From: Acidimicrobiia bacterium
Lineage (GTDB): Bacteria; Actinomycetota; Acidimicrobiia; Spongiisociales; ZC4RG35
Direction of reading: 5' to 3'
DNA: 64,000 bases
Assembly (NCBI GenBank): GCA_025928935.1
Contig: JAICNB010000006.1
Location: forward strand, 1,381 to 65,380
Shown piece after piece: positions 18,103 to 28,527 of this stretch (positions within the stretch are counted from its first letter, which is position 1; the number at the start of each line of letters is the position of its first letter). Under the pieces are notes generated by a model that was given only the letters and a program-made list of their open reading frames with translations, did not search any database and was not told where the DNA came from. A program made the position numbers and the translations under genes.

Positions 18103-19104
18103 TTGGAGGTATCAGACGTGTTCGACATGCGCCGCTCTGCTTTTGGCGGCTTCAGGGAATTGGAGGGAAAGCACGCCGTGGTCATGGGGGGGGCCGGCTT
18201 CCTCGGGTCACATGTGTGCACCTGGCTCGTGTATTCGGGGGCGAAGGTCACCTGTATCGACAACCTGATCACGGGCAGCTCCGCCAACGTCTCCCATCTG
18301 CTGGGCGACCGCAAGTTCCGGCTCATCGATTACGACGTCACCGACTATCTCCACGTGTCCGGCGAAGTGGACTACGTCATGAACTTCGCCTCGCCCGCCT
18401 CGCCGGTCGACTATCTGAAGTGGCCCATCCACACCCTCAAGGTCGGCGCCTTCGGTACCCACAAGGGTCTTGGGCTCGCCTACGCCAAGGGTGCCACCTT
18501 CTTCCTGGCCTCCACATCCGAGGTCTACGGGGATCCCCTGGTCAACCCCCAACCGGAGACCTATTGGGGGAACGTGAACCCGATCGGGCCCCGGGGTGTG
18601 TACGACGAGGCCAAGCGGTTCGCCGAGGCCCTGACCCTGGCCTATAACCGGGAGCACGAGGTGGACACGAGGATCGTCCGCATCTTCAACACCTACGGGC
18701 CGCGTATGCGTCCAGATGACGGCCGTGCCGTGCCGGCGTTCTTCAAGGCGGCGCTGGAGAATCGGCCGCTTCCCGTGTTCGGCGACGGTTCGCAGACCCG
18801 CTCCCTTTGCTACGTCGACGACGAGGTCGAGGGAATCCTCCGGTTGCTCCTCTCCGAGGAGACCGGTCCGGTGAACATCGGTAACCCCGAAGAGGTGACC
18901 ATGCTCGAATTGGCCGAGACCGTCCAGGATGTGGTGGGCAACCATCCCGGTGTCGAGCTTCATCCCAGGCCGACCGATGACCCGATGGTGCGGCGCCCTG
19001 ATACGAGCAAGGCGGAGCTGGTGCTGGGCTGGAAGGCGCAGATAACCCTGCGCGAAGGTCTGAGCCGCACGCTGCCCTGGTTCAAGGAAGTCCTCGGCTA
19101 CTGA
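18103..19104 (+). CDS. UDP-glucuronate decarboxylase (UDP-xylose synthase-like SDR)
   Basis: Motifs [44 protein letters not shown] and GDGSQTRS. The start is uncertain (TTG 18103, GTG 18118 or ATG 18127). Confidence 0.85.
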   Translation: MEVSDVFDMRRSAFGGFRELEGKHAVVMGGAGFLGSHVCTWLVYSGAKVTCIDNLITGSSANVSHLLGDRKFRLIDYDVTDYLHVSGEVDYVMNFASPASPVDYLKWPIHTLKVGAFGTHKGLGLAYAKGATFFLASTSEVYGDPLVNPQPETYWGNVNPIGPRGVYDEAKRFAEALTLAYNREHEVDTRIVRIFNTYGPRMRPDDGRAVPAFFKAALENRPLPVFGDGSQTRSLCYVDDEVEGILRLLLSEETGPVNIGNPEEVTMLELAETVQDVVGNHPGVELHPRPTDDPMVRRPDTSKAELVLGWKAQITLREGLSRTLPWFKEVLGY

Positions 19105-19194
19105 CGGGGCCTTGCCCGGCGGTGTGCCGCCTGGCACAGTCGGATGGTGCAGCGCGTCGACCTCTCGGTCTGATCCGACGACCAGAATCAGGCC

Positions 19195-19869
19195 ATGACC
19201 TGGTCCGACCTGACAGAGTGGTGGCTGGACGAGATCGCCACCGATCCCGCCTACGACGAGGTGGTGACACCGATGCTGCTCGATGTCATTAGCCCGAAGG
19301 CCGGCATGACCTTTCTCGACCTCGGCTGTGGGGAGGGACGGGTCATGCGCACGCTCGCTGCGGCTGGTGCCAGGCCCATCGGTGTCGAGATGAACCTCGA
19401 CCTTGCCCGACGGGCGGCCACATCTGGGCCAATAGCCGCCGGCTCATTGCCCGATCTCGGGTTCATCCGGGCCGACTCCTTCGACGGAGCGGTCTGCGTC
19501 CTGGTCATCGAGCACGTCGAAGATCACGGTCGCCTCTTCGCAGAAGTGGCCCGGGTGGTCAGGCCGGGTGGCGTCTTCGGTCTCGTCATGAACCACCCTT
19601 ATTGGACCGCCCCGGGATCTTCGCCGATCAGCTTTCCGGACGATGAGCTGCTTTGGCGTCCGGGGAGCTACTTCGAACGGGGGACTCTGCTGGAGCCGGC
19701 CGGGGATCAGGAGATCCAATTCCACCATCGCACGACGGGCGACATCGTCGAATCTGCGTCGTCGGCCGGGTGGTCGCTGGAGAGGCTGATCGAGGCTCCG
19801 CACCACGAATTGGTCGACCAGGCGGGCATCCTCAGGCTCCTGGCTTGCCGATGGCGACTCCTACCCTGA
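19195..19869 (+). CDS. class I SAM-dependent methyltransferase
   Basis: Motif I FLDLGCGEGRV, with post-I and II regions typical of the Methyltransf_11 type. Confidence 0.8.
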   Translation: MTWSDLTEWWLDEIATDPAYDEVVTPMLLDVISPKAGMTFLDLGCGEGRVMRTLAAAGARPIGVEMNLDLARRAATSGPIAAGSLPDLGFIRADSFDGAVCVLVIEHVEDHGRLFAEVARVVRPGGVFGLVMNHPYWTAPGSSPISFPDDELLWRPGSYFERGTLLEPAGDQEIQFHHRTTGDIVESASSAGWSLERLIEAPHHELVDQAGILRLLACRWRLLP

Positions 19870-19875
19870 CCGGGC

Positions 19876-21702
19876 GTGTTCGAACGACCTAAGACATCGG
19901 AGATACCTGACCAACCGGGTGCCTATCTCTTCCGGGACAAGCACGGCAAGGTGGTCTACGTCGGCAAGGCGAAGAGCCTCAGAAGCCGTGTCCCGTCGTA
20001 CTTCGGGGTGGGTCTCCACCCCCGGACACAGGCCATGGTCGATAACGCCCGGGCGGTGGAGTGGATCATCACCGAGTCTGAGGTCGCCGCCCTGATGCTC
20101 GAGTTCTCGCTCATCAAGCGGCATCGGCCACGATTCAACGTGAAGCTGGTCGACGACAAGTCGTATCCGTACCTGGCCATCACCCGTAGCGACGAGTGGC
20201 CCCGAGCCAGGGTCATGAGGGGGGCGAAGCGAAAGGGGAACGAGTACTTCGGCCCCTACGCCCACACCTATGCGATACGAAAGACGCTGGACCAGCTGCT
20301 ACGCACCTTTCCGGTCAGGACGTGCACCGACTCGTTCTTCGAGAGGCAGCGGGCCCAGGGCCGGCCCTGTCTCCTCTATCACATCGAGAAATGCTCCGGG
20401 CCCTGTATAGATGCCGTCACCCCAGAGGACTATCAGCAGTTGGTGGACGGCCTGGCCGCCTTCCTCCGTGGGGACACCGAAGATGTGCTCGCCGATCTCG
20501 ACCGCAAGATGTGGGAGGCGTCCGAGCGCCGGGAGTTCGAGCTGGCCGCGCGACACCGCGACAGGATCGACGACGTGCGCCGGGCCCTCCTCCGTCAGGA
20601 AGTCGTCACCGATCGCCCCGAGAACTTCGACTTGATCGCCTTCCACGGGGACGAGCTGGAGTCTGCCTTTCAGATCCTCCACGTCCGGAAGGGCCGTCTC
20701 GTCGGGCGTTTGGGTACGGTGATCGACCGGGTCGAGGAGCTGACCGACGCCGAGCTCATGGGCAGGGTGATAAGGGAGCTCTACGGCGAGGACGAGCCAC
20801 CGCGGCAGGTCCTGGTCGAGATCGAGCCGGCGGAGAAGGATCTCCTACAGGCGTGGCTGGCTGAACGACGGGGGACGAAGGTGAGTCTTCGGGTACCCAC
20901 CCGGGGTGCGAAGCGACGATTGATGGAGACGACGAGGACGAACGCGGCCGAAGCCTTCGCCCGACACCGTCTCAAGCGCAGTCAGGACCACAATGCGAGA
21001 GCCAAGGCGCTGCACTCCCTCCAGGAGGTGCTCGACCTCCCCGAGCCGCCGCTTCGGATCGAGGCGTTCGACATCTCGACCCTGCAAGGGACCAACACCG
21101 TTTCGTCGATGGTCGTCCTCGAGGACGGGATCCCCAAGCGGTCGGACTATCGGAGGTTCAAGATGCGCACCCTTCAGGGTCAGGACGACTTCGCTGCGAT
21201 GGAGGAGACGATCCGGCGCCGGTTCCGCGCCTACCTAGCCGAGCGGAAGAGACCGGTCAGCGAGCAGGGTCGCTTCTCCTACCCACCGTCGCTGGTGCTG
21301 GTGGACGGTGGGGCCGGGCAGCTGGGTCGGGCAGTCAAGGTGCTCGACGAGCTCGAGCTCGACATCCCCGCCATCGGCCTGGCCAAGCGGATGGAGGAGG
21401 TCTACCTGCCCGGCAACCCCGAGCCGCTCCGCATCCCAAGGGACGCCGACGCCCTCTACCTCCTTCAGCAGGTTCGGGACGAGGCGCACCGCTTTGCCAT
21501 CACCTATCACCGACAGCTCCGGTCGAAATCGATGGTCGACTCGGTGCTCGACGAGGTGCCGGGCATCGGTCCCAAGCGGAAGAGAGAGCTCTTGAAACGA
21601 TTCGGGTCCTTGAAGAAACTGCGAGAGGCAGGGGCCGATTCGCTGGCCGAGGTGGTCCCCAAGAACGTGGCCGACGATCTGTACGCTGCGCTGCACAACT
21701 GA
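19876..21702 (+). CDS. uvrC: excinuclease ABC subunit C
   Basis: GIY-YIG (GAYLFRDKHGKVVYVGKAKSLRSRV), a UVR motif, an endonuclease V-like region and a C-terminal HhH pair. Confidence 0.95.
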   Translation: MFERPKTSEIPDQPGAYLFRDKHGKVVYVGKAKSLRSRVPSYFGVGLHPRTQAMVDNARAVEWIITESEVAALMLEFSLIKRHRPRFNVKLVDDKSYPYLAITRSDEWPRARVMRGAKRKGNEYFGPYAHTYAIRKTLDQLLRTFPVRTCTDSFFERQRAQGRPCLLYHIEKCSGPCIDAVTPEDYQQLVDGLAAFLRGDTEDVLADLDRKMWEASERREFELAARHRDRIDDVRRALLRQEVVTDRPENFDLIAFHGDELESAFQILHVRKGRLVGRLGTVIDRVEELTDAELMGRVIRELYGEDEPPRQVLVEIEPAEKDLLQAWLAERRGTKVSLRVPTRGAKRRLMETTRTNAAEAFARHRLKRSQDHNARAKALHSLQEVLDLPEPPLRIEAFDISTLQGTNTVSSMVVLEDGIPKRSDYRRFKMRTLQGQDDFAAMEETIRRRFRAYLAERKRPVSEQGRFSYPPSLVLVDGGAGQLGRAVKVLDELELDIPAIGLAKRMEEVYLPGNPEPLRIPRDADALYLLQQVRDEAHRFAITYHRQLRSKSMVDSVLDEVPGIGPKRKRELLKRFGSLKKLREAGADSLAEVVPKNVADDLYAALHN

Positions 21703-21714
21703 TCGAGAGCATCG

Positions 21715-22590
21715 ATGGAGCTTGCTGCAACCGATCACCCTCACGTTCTCGTGGTCACCGGCATGTCGGGCGCCGGTCGATCGTCTGCGGCGAAGATCCT
21801 CGAGGACCTCGGCTACACCGTGATCGACAACCTCCCTCCACGTCTCCTCGTGCCGGCAGCGCAATCGCACGACATCCCGGAGCAGCGGCACAAGCGTCTC
21901 GCCGTGGTGATCGATTCGAGAGGTGGCCTACCCATCGGGGAGCTCCGCGAGGCGATCAAGGAGCTGAGTCGGGAGGGCGTCATGACCCGGGTCGTGTTCC
22001 TCGATGCCGACGACGACGTGATCGTCTCCCGGTACGAAGAGAACAAGCGGCCCCATCCCCTGGGGCATGAGACGATCTCGGAGTCGATCGCGGCCGAAAG
22101 GGAGCTGCTCTCCGATCTGAGAGAAGAAGCGGACGTGACCGTCGACACCTCGTCGCTGAACATCCACGAGCTCAGGGACCGACTCACCGCCCAATTCAGC
22201 GAAGAGGAGATGACACGCCCGATGCGGGTCTCCATTCGGTCTTTCGGTTTCAAGAACGGCACTCCCCGCGACGTCGACCTCCTCTTCGACGTCAGGTTCC
22301 TGCCCAACCCTCATTGGGTGCCCGAGCTGAGGCCACTGCGTGGCACCGACGAGCGGGTGGCCGAATACGTGATGGGGGAGGAAGCGGCCAAGGAGTTCGT
22401 CGATCGCGCCGACGAGATGCTGGCCTTCCTGATCCCCCATTTCGAGGCCGAGGGCAAGTCCTATCTCTCCGTTGGGATCGGCTGCACGGGTGGCCATCAT
22501 CGCTCCGTTGCCATCGCCGAGGAGTTGCGCCGTCGGTTGGCCCAGCACGGGATCACTGCCACGGTCCGCCACCGCGACATAGAACGTTGA
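21715..22590 (+). CDS. rapZ: RNase adapter protein RapZ (YvcJ-type P-loop NTPase)
   Basis: Motifs VVTGMSGAGRSSAAKILEDLGY and C-terminal GCTGGHHRSV. It shows conserved uvrC-rapZ-yvcK synteny. Confidence 0.9.
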   Translation: MELAATDHPHVLVVTGMSGAGRSSAAKILEDLGYTVIDNLPPRLLVPAAQSHDIPEQRHKRLAVVIDSRGGLPIGELREAIKELSREGVMTRVVFLDADDDVIVSRYEENKRPHPLGHETISESIAAERELLSDLREEADVTVDTSSLNIHELRDRLTAQFSEEEMTRPMRVSIRSFGFKNGTPRDVDLLFDVRFLPNPHWVPELRPLRGTDERVAEYVMGEEAAKEFVDRADEMLAFLIPHFEAEGKSYLSVGIGCTGGHHRSVAIAEELRRRLAQHGITATVRHRDIER

Positions 22591-23564
22591 AGCCACAAAC
22601 CCAGACCGAGACCGAACTCGCCCCGCTCCTCCTCGACCCGCAGGGACCGGTGGTGGTCGCCCTTGGCGGCGGGCACGGGCAGGCCGCGGCCCTGGAAGCG
22701 ATCCAGTGCTACGCAGGAGAGATATCGGCCCTGGTCGCGGTGGGTGATGACGGAGGCTCCTCGGGCCGGCTCAGCGGCCTGGGCATCCCCCCGCCGGGTG
22801 ACGTCCGCCGTTGTCTGCTCGCCCTGACTCCCGAGCCCTCCCTCTGGTCCGAGCTGTTCTCACACCGGTTCACAGGTGGTGACGTCGCCGAGCATTCGTT
22901 GGGCAACCTCATTCTCGCCGGGTTGGCCGACCTGTTCGGCGACTTCGAATCGGCGGTGGAGACGGCCGAGCGGATGCTGGGGACACTGGGCTCGGTCATC
23001 CCGGTGGCCGACCAACCCATCATCCTGTCGGCGACGATCGACGGCCTCGAGGTCACCGGGCAGAAGCGGATCTCCCAGACGGCGGGAGAATTCTCCGAGA
23101 TGCACATCGAGCCAAGAGACGTGGCGGCCACTCGCCGAGCCCTGGCCGCGGTCGCTGCTGCCGACCAGATCGTCATCGGCCCGGGCAGCCTCTACACCTC
23201 GATCCTCTCGGCTCTGAAGGTCAACATGCTCGCGCCGGCCATCATGGGCGCCGCTGCTCAGCGTGTCTTCGTCCTCAACTTGGTGACCCAGGACGCAGAG
23301 ACCCTGGGAATGAATGGGGGCGACCATGTCGAGGCACTGGCCAAACACGTCGGCGTGGCCGGGCCCGGCATCGTCGTGGCGCACGACGGGCCACTCGACG
23401 TGCCGAAAGGACACGAAGCGGTCGTGATCGACGCCGAAGACGCCGCTCGCCACGGATGGCGAGTCGTCTTTGCAGATGTCGCCGAGGAGACGGCAGACTG
23501 GCCCAAGCACGACCCGCTCAAGTTGGGACGGGTATTGGAGAAACTGGCAGTCACCGAGGACTGA
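22587..23564 (+). CDS. yvcK: YvcK/CofD-like gluconeogenesis/cell-shape factor
   Basis: Motifs VVALGGGHG and VIGPGSLYTSI. TTG 22587 overlaps the rapZ stop (TTGA). ORF-track start 22314 is rejected because it overlaps rapZ. Confidence 0.85.
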   Translation: MKPQTQTETELAPLLLDPQGPVVVALGGGHGQAAALEAIQCYAGEISALVAVGDDGGSSGRLSGLGIPPPGDVRRCLLALTPEPSLWSELFSHRFTGGDVAEHSLGNLILAGLADLFGDFESAVETAERMLGTLGSVIPVADQPIILSATIDGLEVTGQKRISQTAGEFSEMHIEPRDVAATRRALAAVAAADQIVIGPGSLYTSILSALKVNMLAPAIMGAAAQRVFVLNLVTQDAETLGMNGGDHVEALAKHVGVAGPGIVVAHDGPLDVPKGHEAVVIDAEDAARHGWRVVFADVAEETADWPKHDPLKLGRVLEKLAVTED

Positions 23565-23569
23565 GAAGG

Positions 23570-24703
23570 ATGCCCGAATACCTGACTCTCGATGACGTCA
23601 ACGTCGCTGGTCTGGATGTGCTGGTCCGCTCGGATCTGAATGTCCCTCTCGAGAACGGCAAGATCAGCGACGATTTCAGGATCAGGTCCGCCCTCCCCAC
23701 CCTGGAGCGTCTCGTCGACGCCGGTGCCAGGGTCAGGGTCTGCTCTCATCTCGGCCGCCCCGATGGGCCGGATCCCGGCTACTCGTTGCGACCGATCGCC
23801 GATGCCATGGGGGCCCTGACCGAGAAGGAGGTCGCGTTCGAGACCGGTGGCCAGATCACCGTCCTGGAGAACACCCGCTTCGATCCGGGAGAGACCAAGA
23901 ACGACCCGGCCATGGCCGCACGGCTCGCCGAGGGTGCCGGCCTCTTCGTCCAGGATGCGTTCGGCTCGGTGCACCGCGCGCACGCCTCTACCGTCGGGGT
24001 GGCGGAGCTGGTCAAGTCGGTCGCCGGGCCACTGCTCGTCGCCGAGCTCGACGCGTTGGGCCGGTTCCTGGTCGAACCGAAGGTGCCCTATGTGGTCGTA
24101 CTGGGGGGAGCCAAGGTCTCTGACAAGCTCGGGGTCATAGAGAACCTGCTCCCCAAGGTGGACGTGATGTTGATCGGCGGGGGTATGTGCTTCACCATCC
24201 TCAAGGCGAAGGGGGTGGAGGTGGGCACCTCCCTCGTCGAAGACGACCAGCTCGACTCGGTGAAGCGGTTCCTCGACGGCCCCGACTCGGAGAAGATCGT
24301 CCTGCCCTCGGACGTCGTGATCGCCACCGAGTTCACCGAGACCGCCGAGCACAAGGAGACGTACGTGAAGGAGATCCCACCCGGGTGGATGGGCCTCGAC
24401 GTGGGGCGAGAGACCAACCAACTCTTCGCGTCGGTGATCCGCACCGCCGAGACCGTCTTCTGGAACGGCCCGATGGGGGTATTCGAATGGGAGCCATTCC
24501 GGTCCGGTACCGAGGCGGTAGCCCGGGCCATGGCCGAGACGAAGGCATTCACCGCCGTCGGCGGAGGAGACTCCGTCGCGGCGTTGCGCGCGCTCGGACT
24601 GGAATCCGAGATCTCCCATGTGTCCACCGGCGGGGGAGCGGGCCTCGAGCTCTTGGAAGGTCGTGAGCTACCCGGGGTGAAGGTCCTGGAGCGTTGGGTA
24701 TGA
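23570..24703 (+). CDS. pgk: phosphoglycerate kinase
   Basis: Motifs RSDLNVP, SHLGRP, NTRF, GGAKVSDK, WNGPMGVFE and STGGGA. ATG 23570 follows GAAGG. Confidence 0.95.
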   Translation: MPEYLTLDDVNVAGLDVLVRSDLNVPLENGKISDDFRIRSALPTLERLVDAGARVRVCSHLGRPDGPDPGYSLRPIADAMGALTEKEVAFETGGQITVLENTRFDPGETKNDPAMAARLAEGAGLFVQDAFGSVHRAHASTVGVAELVKSVAGPLLVAELDALGRFLVEPKVPYVVVLGGAKVSDKLGVIENLLPKVDVMLIGGGMCFTILKAKGVEVGTSLVEDDQLDSVKRFLDGPDSEKIVLPSDVVIATEFTETAEHKETYVKEIPPGWMGLDVGRETNQLFASVIRTAETVFWNGPMGVFEWEPFRSGTEAVARAMAETKAFTAVGGGDSVAALRALGLESEISHVSTGGGAGLELLEGRELPGVKVLERWV

Positions 24704-25470
24704 CACGCAAAGACCTGATCGTCGGCAACTGGAAGATGAATGCCAGCCATCTCGAGGCGATCCAGATGGTGCAGAAGCTCTCCTACCGCCTCGATCACGG
24801 CGACTACGACCGGGTCGAGGTCGTCGTTGCCCCCCCGTTCACCTCGCTGCGCTCCGTCCAGACCGTGATCGAGGCAGATCGGCTCCGCATCGTCCTGGGC
24901 GCACAGAACGCCCATTGGGAGGAGTCGGGGGCGTTCACCGGCGAGGTGTCCGCCCCGATGCTGGCGAAGCTCTCGGTACGGCATGTGATCGTGGGTCACT
25001 CCGAGCGACGCCAGGGGCTCGGCGAGACCGACGAGATGGTCGCCAGGAAGGCACGGGCCATCGTCGAAGCCGGGATGAACCCGATCGTATGTGTCGGCGA
25101 GACTCTCGAGCAGCGTGAGGGAGGGGAGGCGGAAAACGTCGTGGTCTCCCAGGTGATCGGGTCCCTGGCCCGTCTCGGCCCGGAGGCGGTGGCGTCGTCC
25201 TCGGTCGCCTACGAGCCGATCTGGGCGATCGGGACCGGAAGGACGGCCCTTCCCGACGACGCCGGCACGATGGCGGGGGTCATCAGGGAGACTGTCTCGA
25301 ACAAAGTGTCGACCGAGGCGGCGGAGAGCGTGCGTCTCCTCTACGGCGGCTCTGTGAACGCGGCGAACATCAAGGACTTCATGGCCAAGGGCGACGTGGA
25401 CGGAGCTCTCGTGGGCGGAGCCTCGCTCGACCCCGACAGCTTTGCGGCCATAGTCAGGTACTGGGTTTGA
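24700..25470 (+). CDS. tpiA: triose-phosphate isomerase
   Basis: Motifs GNWKMN, VGHSERR and [10 protein letters not shown]. The ATGA overlap with the pgk stop favours 24700; TTG 24694 is the alternative. Confidence 0.95.
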   Translation: MTRKDLIVGNWKMNASHLEAIQMVQKLSYRLDHGDYDRVEVVVAPPFTSLRSVQTVIEADRLRIVLGAQNAHWEESGAFTGEVSAPMLAKLSVRHVIVGHSERRQGLGETDEMVARKARAIVEAGMNPIVCVGETLEQREGGEAENVVVSQVIGSLARLGPEAVASSSVAYEPIWAIGTGRTALPDDAGTMAGVIRETVSNKVSTEAAESVRLLYGGSVNAANIKDFMAKGDVDGALVGGASLDPDSFAAIVRYWV

Positions 25471-26210
25471 GCCATCGCCTGATCTTGCTCCGGCACGGCC
25501 AGTCGACCTGGAACCTGGAGAACCTCTTCACTGGCTGGACCGACGTCGGTCTGACCGAGCAGGGTGAGGAGGAGGCCATGGAGGCCGGGCGGTCGATGAC
25601 CGCGGAAGGCCTCGATCCCGACGTCCTCCACACCTCGGTTCTGAACAGGGCCATCGACACCGCCGAGAGCGCCCTCAAGGTGATGGGCCGTCAGTATCTC
25701 CCGGTGCGCAGGTCGTGGCGCCTCAACGAGCGGCACTATGGAGACCTGCAAGGTCTGAACAAGAAGGAGACGGCCGACCGCCACGGTGCCGAGCAGGTCC
25801 TGTTGTGGCGACGCAGCTACGACGTCCCGCCCCCACCTCTGGACCCGGATGACGAACGGCACCCGCGTCACGACCCTCGTTATGCGGATCTACCCCCCGA
25901 TCTCCTACCGGCCACCGAGTGCCTGAAGGATGTCGTCGTCCGCATGCTGCCCTACTGGCACGATGTCATCGTGCCCGACCTGCTCGCCGGCCGTCTCCCG
26001 CTCGTGGTGGCCCACGGAAACTCGATCCGCGCCCTGGTCAAGCATCTCGACGGGATCACCGACGAGGCGATCGTCGAGTTGAACATCCCTACCGGTCTCC
26101 CCCTCGTCTACGAGCTGGATGATTCCTTTCGGCCAATCTCCAGCCGCTACCTCGGTGATCCGGAGGCTGCGGCCGCCGCGGCGGAGGCCGTGGCCCGTCA
26201 AGCCGGGTAG
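25467..26210 (+). CDS. gpmA: 2,3-bisphosphoglycerate-dependent phosphoglycerate mutase
   Basis: Motifs [15 protein letters not shown] and HGNSIRAL. The TTG start overlaps the tpiA stop (TTGA). Confidence 0.9.
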   Translation: MSHRLILLRHGQSTWNLENLFTGWTDVGLTEQGEEEAMEAGRSMTAEGLDPDVLHTSVLNRAIDTAESALKVMGRQYLPVRRSWRLNERHYGDLQGLNKKETADRHGAEQVLLWRRSYDVPPPPLDPDDERHPRHDPRYADLPPDLLPATECLKDVVVRMLPYWHDVIVPDLLAGRLPLVVAHGNSIRALVKHLDGITDEAIVELNIPTGLPLVYELDDSFRPISSRYLGDPEAAAAAAEAVARQAG

Positions 26211-26285
26211 GTGAAGGCGGCGGTCCCTGGTACAATCATTCGACCGCCCGGTGACGGCGCGGTATCCCTACCTCAGCAAAGGCAA

Positions 26286-26528
26286 ATGGCTGCCGTCGAA
26301 GCAATCGCAATCGTCGTCCACATCATTCTCTCGCTGGCCGTGGTGGCGCTGGTTCTCCTCCACTCGGGCAAGGGCGGTGGGCTCTCCGATGTGTTCGGCG
26401 GTGGGATCTCGACCTCCAGCCTGGGTGGGAGCACGATCGTCGAGCGGAATCTCGACCGACTCACCGTGATCGTGGGGATCACCTTTGCCATCAGCACCTT
26501 CGTGCTGACCTTCCTCTTGAACAGCTGA
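26286..26528 (+). CDS. secG: preprotein translocase subunit SecG
   Basis: 80 aa with two TM helices flanking HSGKGGGLS. It lies downstream of tpiA as in many bacteria. Confidence 0.85.
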   Translation: MAAVEAIAIVVHIILSLAVVALVLLHSGKGGGLSDVFGGGISTSSLGGSTIVERNLDRLTVIVGITFAISTFVLTFLLNS

Positions 26529-26552
26529 CCGGCGTAGACTCGACCGGCTTCA

Positions 26553-26638
26553 GTCGGAGTGGCGGAATTGGTAGACGCGCCAGGTTGAGGGCCTGGTGGG
26601 CGATTAAGCCCGTGGAGGTTCGAGTCCTCTCTCCGACA
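26553..26638 (+). tRNA. tRNA-Leu (anticodon GAG), type II with long variable arm
   Basis: Acceptor stem GTCGGAG/CTCCGAC plus discriminator A. D-arm is GCGGAATTGGTAGACGC. Anticodon stem is CCAGG/CCTGG with loop TTGAGGG. T-arm is GGAGGTTCGAGTCCTCT. No encoded CCA. Confidence 0.9.
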
Positions 26639-26696
26639 CTGACGACACGGAACCCTGGGCCCTCCAGATAGTCAACCGCCTGGCGCTCTGCGCCGA

Positions 26697-27410
26697 TCAA
26701 CCGCCGGCTGGTGGCAGGTAGGTATTGCGCAGATCCTGGACCAGCTCTCCGTCACGCACCTCTAGAACGCGATCGGTCATCTCTGCCACACCTCGGTCGT
26801 GCGTGACGATGAGAAAGGTGGTGCCCAGATCTTGGTTGATCTCCCGGAACAGTCTGTAGACCCCCTCGGTATTGGCCGAATCGAGGTTCCCGGTGGGCTC
26901 GTCGGCCAGGATGATCGTCGGCTGGTTCATCAGGGCCCGACCGATCGCCACTCGCTGCTTCTGGCCACCTGACAGCTCATTGGCATTCTTGTTCGCCAGC
27001 CCCTCGAGGCCCAAGAGGTCCAGGATCCTGGTCGTCCGCTCACGATCCTCTTCGCCGATCCGACGACCCGAGATCTGAGCGGGCATGGTCATGTTCTCTG
27101 AGACCGTGAACTCCGGGAGCAGGTGATGAAACTGAAACACGAACCCGATCGCCCTGTTGCGGAGCCGGGCCCTCTCCGTCCGGTCGAGAGCTGTCACATC
27201 CTGGTCGTCGAGGATCACACGACCGCCGGTGGGTGTGTCCAGCAGTCCGAGAATATTGAGAAGCGTCGACTTCCCGGAACCCGATTGCCCGATGATGCTG
27301 GCGAATTCACCGGAGTTGACACCGAACGACACGTCCTTGAGGGCCCGGGTTGAGGTGTCCCCTTCTCCGTAGACCATCTCCAACTGATCGGCGACGAGGA
27401 CGTCAGGCAC
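26697..27410 (-). CDS. ABC transporter ATP-binding protein, MacB/LolD/FtsE-like
   Basis: Walker A GQSGSGKST, Q-loop, signature LSGGQKQR, Walker B ILADEPTGNLD and an H-loop. Confidence 0.9.
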   Translation of the reverse strand: MPDVLVADQLEMVYGEGDTSTRALKDVSFGVNSGEFASIIGQSGSGKSTLLNILGLLDTPTGGRVILDDQDVTALDRTERARLRNRAIGFVFQFHHLLPEFTVSENMTMPAQISGRRIGEEDRERTTRILDLLGLEGLANKNANELSGGQKQRVAIGRALMNQPTIILADEPTGNLDSANTEGVYRLFREINQDLGTTFLIVTHDRGVAEMTDRVLEVRDGELVQDLRNTYLPPAGG

Positions 27411-28527
27411 CCTGAATCACCTCGATCGGGTCGAGGCGCGAGGTCGATCGCGATGGGATGATGGCCGAGGCCAAAGCCACCGCAATGCCGATGGCTGCCG
27501 AGATCAGGATCAACGACGCCTGAGGTCGGACCGTGAAGTCGACCGGAGCAAAGGAAAACCCCCAGATCAGGGCGTAGCCGAGGCCAATCCCGAGTAGAAC
27601 ACCGGCCACACCGAGCAAGGCTGCCTGCCACAAGAAGATCCGCCCGGCGCTGCCATCGGTCATTCCCATCGCCTTGAGGATCCCGATCTGCCTGGTCTTT
27701 TGGACTGCGCTGATAGCCAGCGTGCTGGCGATGCCCAACGCCACCGCAACCAGGACGAACCCCTGGATCATCAGAGATGACCCAGACTGTGCTGCCAGCC
27801 CGCTCAGTAGTTCCTCGTTCTCATCTTGCCAGTCGACGACGGAGACCCCATCGATGCCGGCGAGGCGATCAGCGGTCTCGGTGGAGGCGAACACGTCTTC
27901 GACCTGGATCTCGATCGCCGAGTACTCGTCGGCTCCCTGGCCAAGGGCAGCGGCCCCAGATGCATCGTCGAGGAATGCCAGTCGGTCGTTCGCCGCCGCC
28001 GCGCCGAGGTCGAACACACCGGCCACCGTGTATTCGCCCACCGTCCCGTACGGGAGAACCAGCGGAAGCTGGTCACCAGCGTGAACGTCCGCGTCCTCGG
28101 AGAACCCTATCCCGACGAGGATCTCGGCCATGTCGAGCCGGTATGAGCCCTCCGTGATGCGACCGCTGAGGCGGTAAATGCTGTCGAGGTCATCACTCGT
28201 GCCTGCGGTCACACTCAGAGCGAGACTGTCCTCACCATTGGTGTATATGCCGGAAAGTCGGCGCACGGGAATTGCAGTGGTCACCAGTGGGTCATCACTG
28301 ACTTCGCCCACCAGGGCGCCCGACACGAAATCGGCGTCATCGTCGGGTAGCAACGTGATGTGCGGACTGGAACCGACCGTGGAATCGACGAGGTCTGCCT
28401 GAAGACTGGTAATGAGCGACCCGACGAATACCTGGATGCCAATCCCGACGGCGATCCCGGCAATGATCAACATCGTCTGCCCGGGGGACCTACGAAGGAA
28501 ACGACGGGCGATGGAGAGACTGAGCAC
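27403..28527 (-). CDS. ABC transporter permease, FtsX/MacB-type (4 TM with large extracytoplasmic domain)
   Basis: TM1, then an extracytoplasmic domain of about 220 aa, then three C-terminal TMs with an FtsX-like motif (ILKAMGM). It overlaps the ATPase gene by 8 nt. Confidence 0.85.
   Translation of the reverse strand: MLSLSIARRFLRRSPGQTMLIIAGIAVGIGIQVFVGSLITSLQADLVDSTVGSSPHITLLPDDDADFVSGALVGEVSDDPLVTTAIPVRRLSGIYTNGEDSLALSVTAGTSDDLDSIYRLSGRITEGSYRLDMAEILVGIGFSEDADVHAGDQLPLVLPYGTVGEYTVAGVFDLGAAAANDRLAFLDDASGAAALGQGADEYSAIEIQVEDVFASTETADRLAGIDGVSVVDWQDENEELLSGLAAQSGSSLMIQGFVLVAVALGIASTLAISAVQKTRQIGILKAMGMTDGSAGRIFLWQAALLGVAGVLLGIGLGYALIWGFSFAPVDFTVRPQASLILISAAIGIAVALASAIIPSRSTSRLDPIEVIQGA

Noticed and set aside
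22314-22586. Upstream extension of yvcK (ORF start 22314) overlapping rapZ by 277 nt.
   Set aside because: The extension is Arg/Gly-rich without motifs. The conserved YvcK N-terminus (VVALGGGHG) lies about 20 aa after TTG 22587, which forms a TTGA overlap with the rapZ stop like other junctions here.
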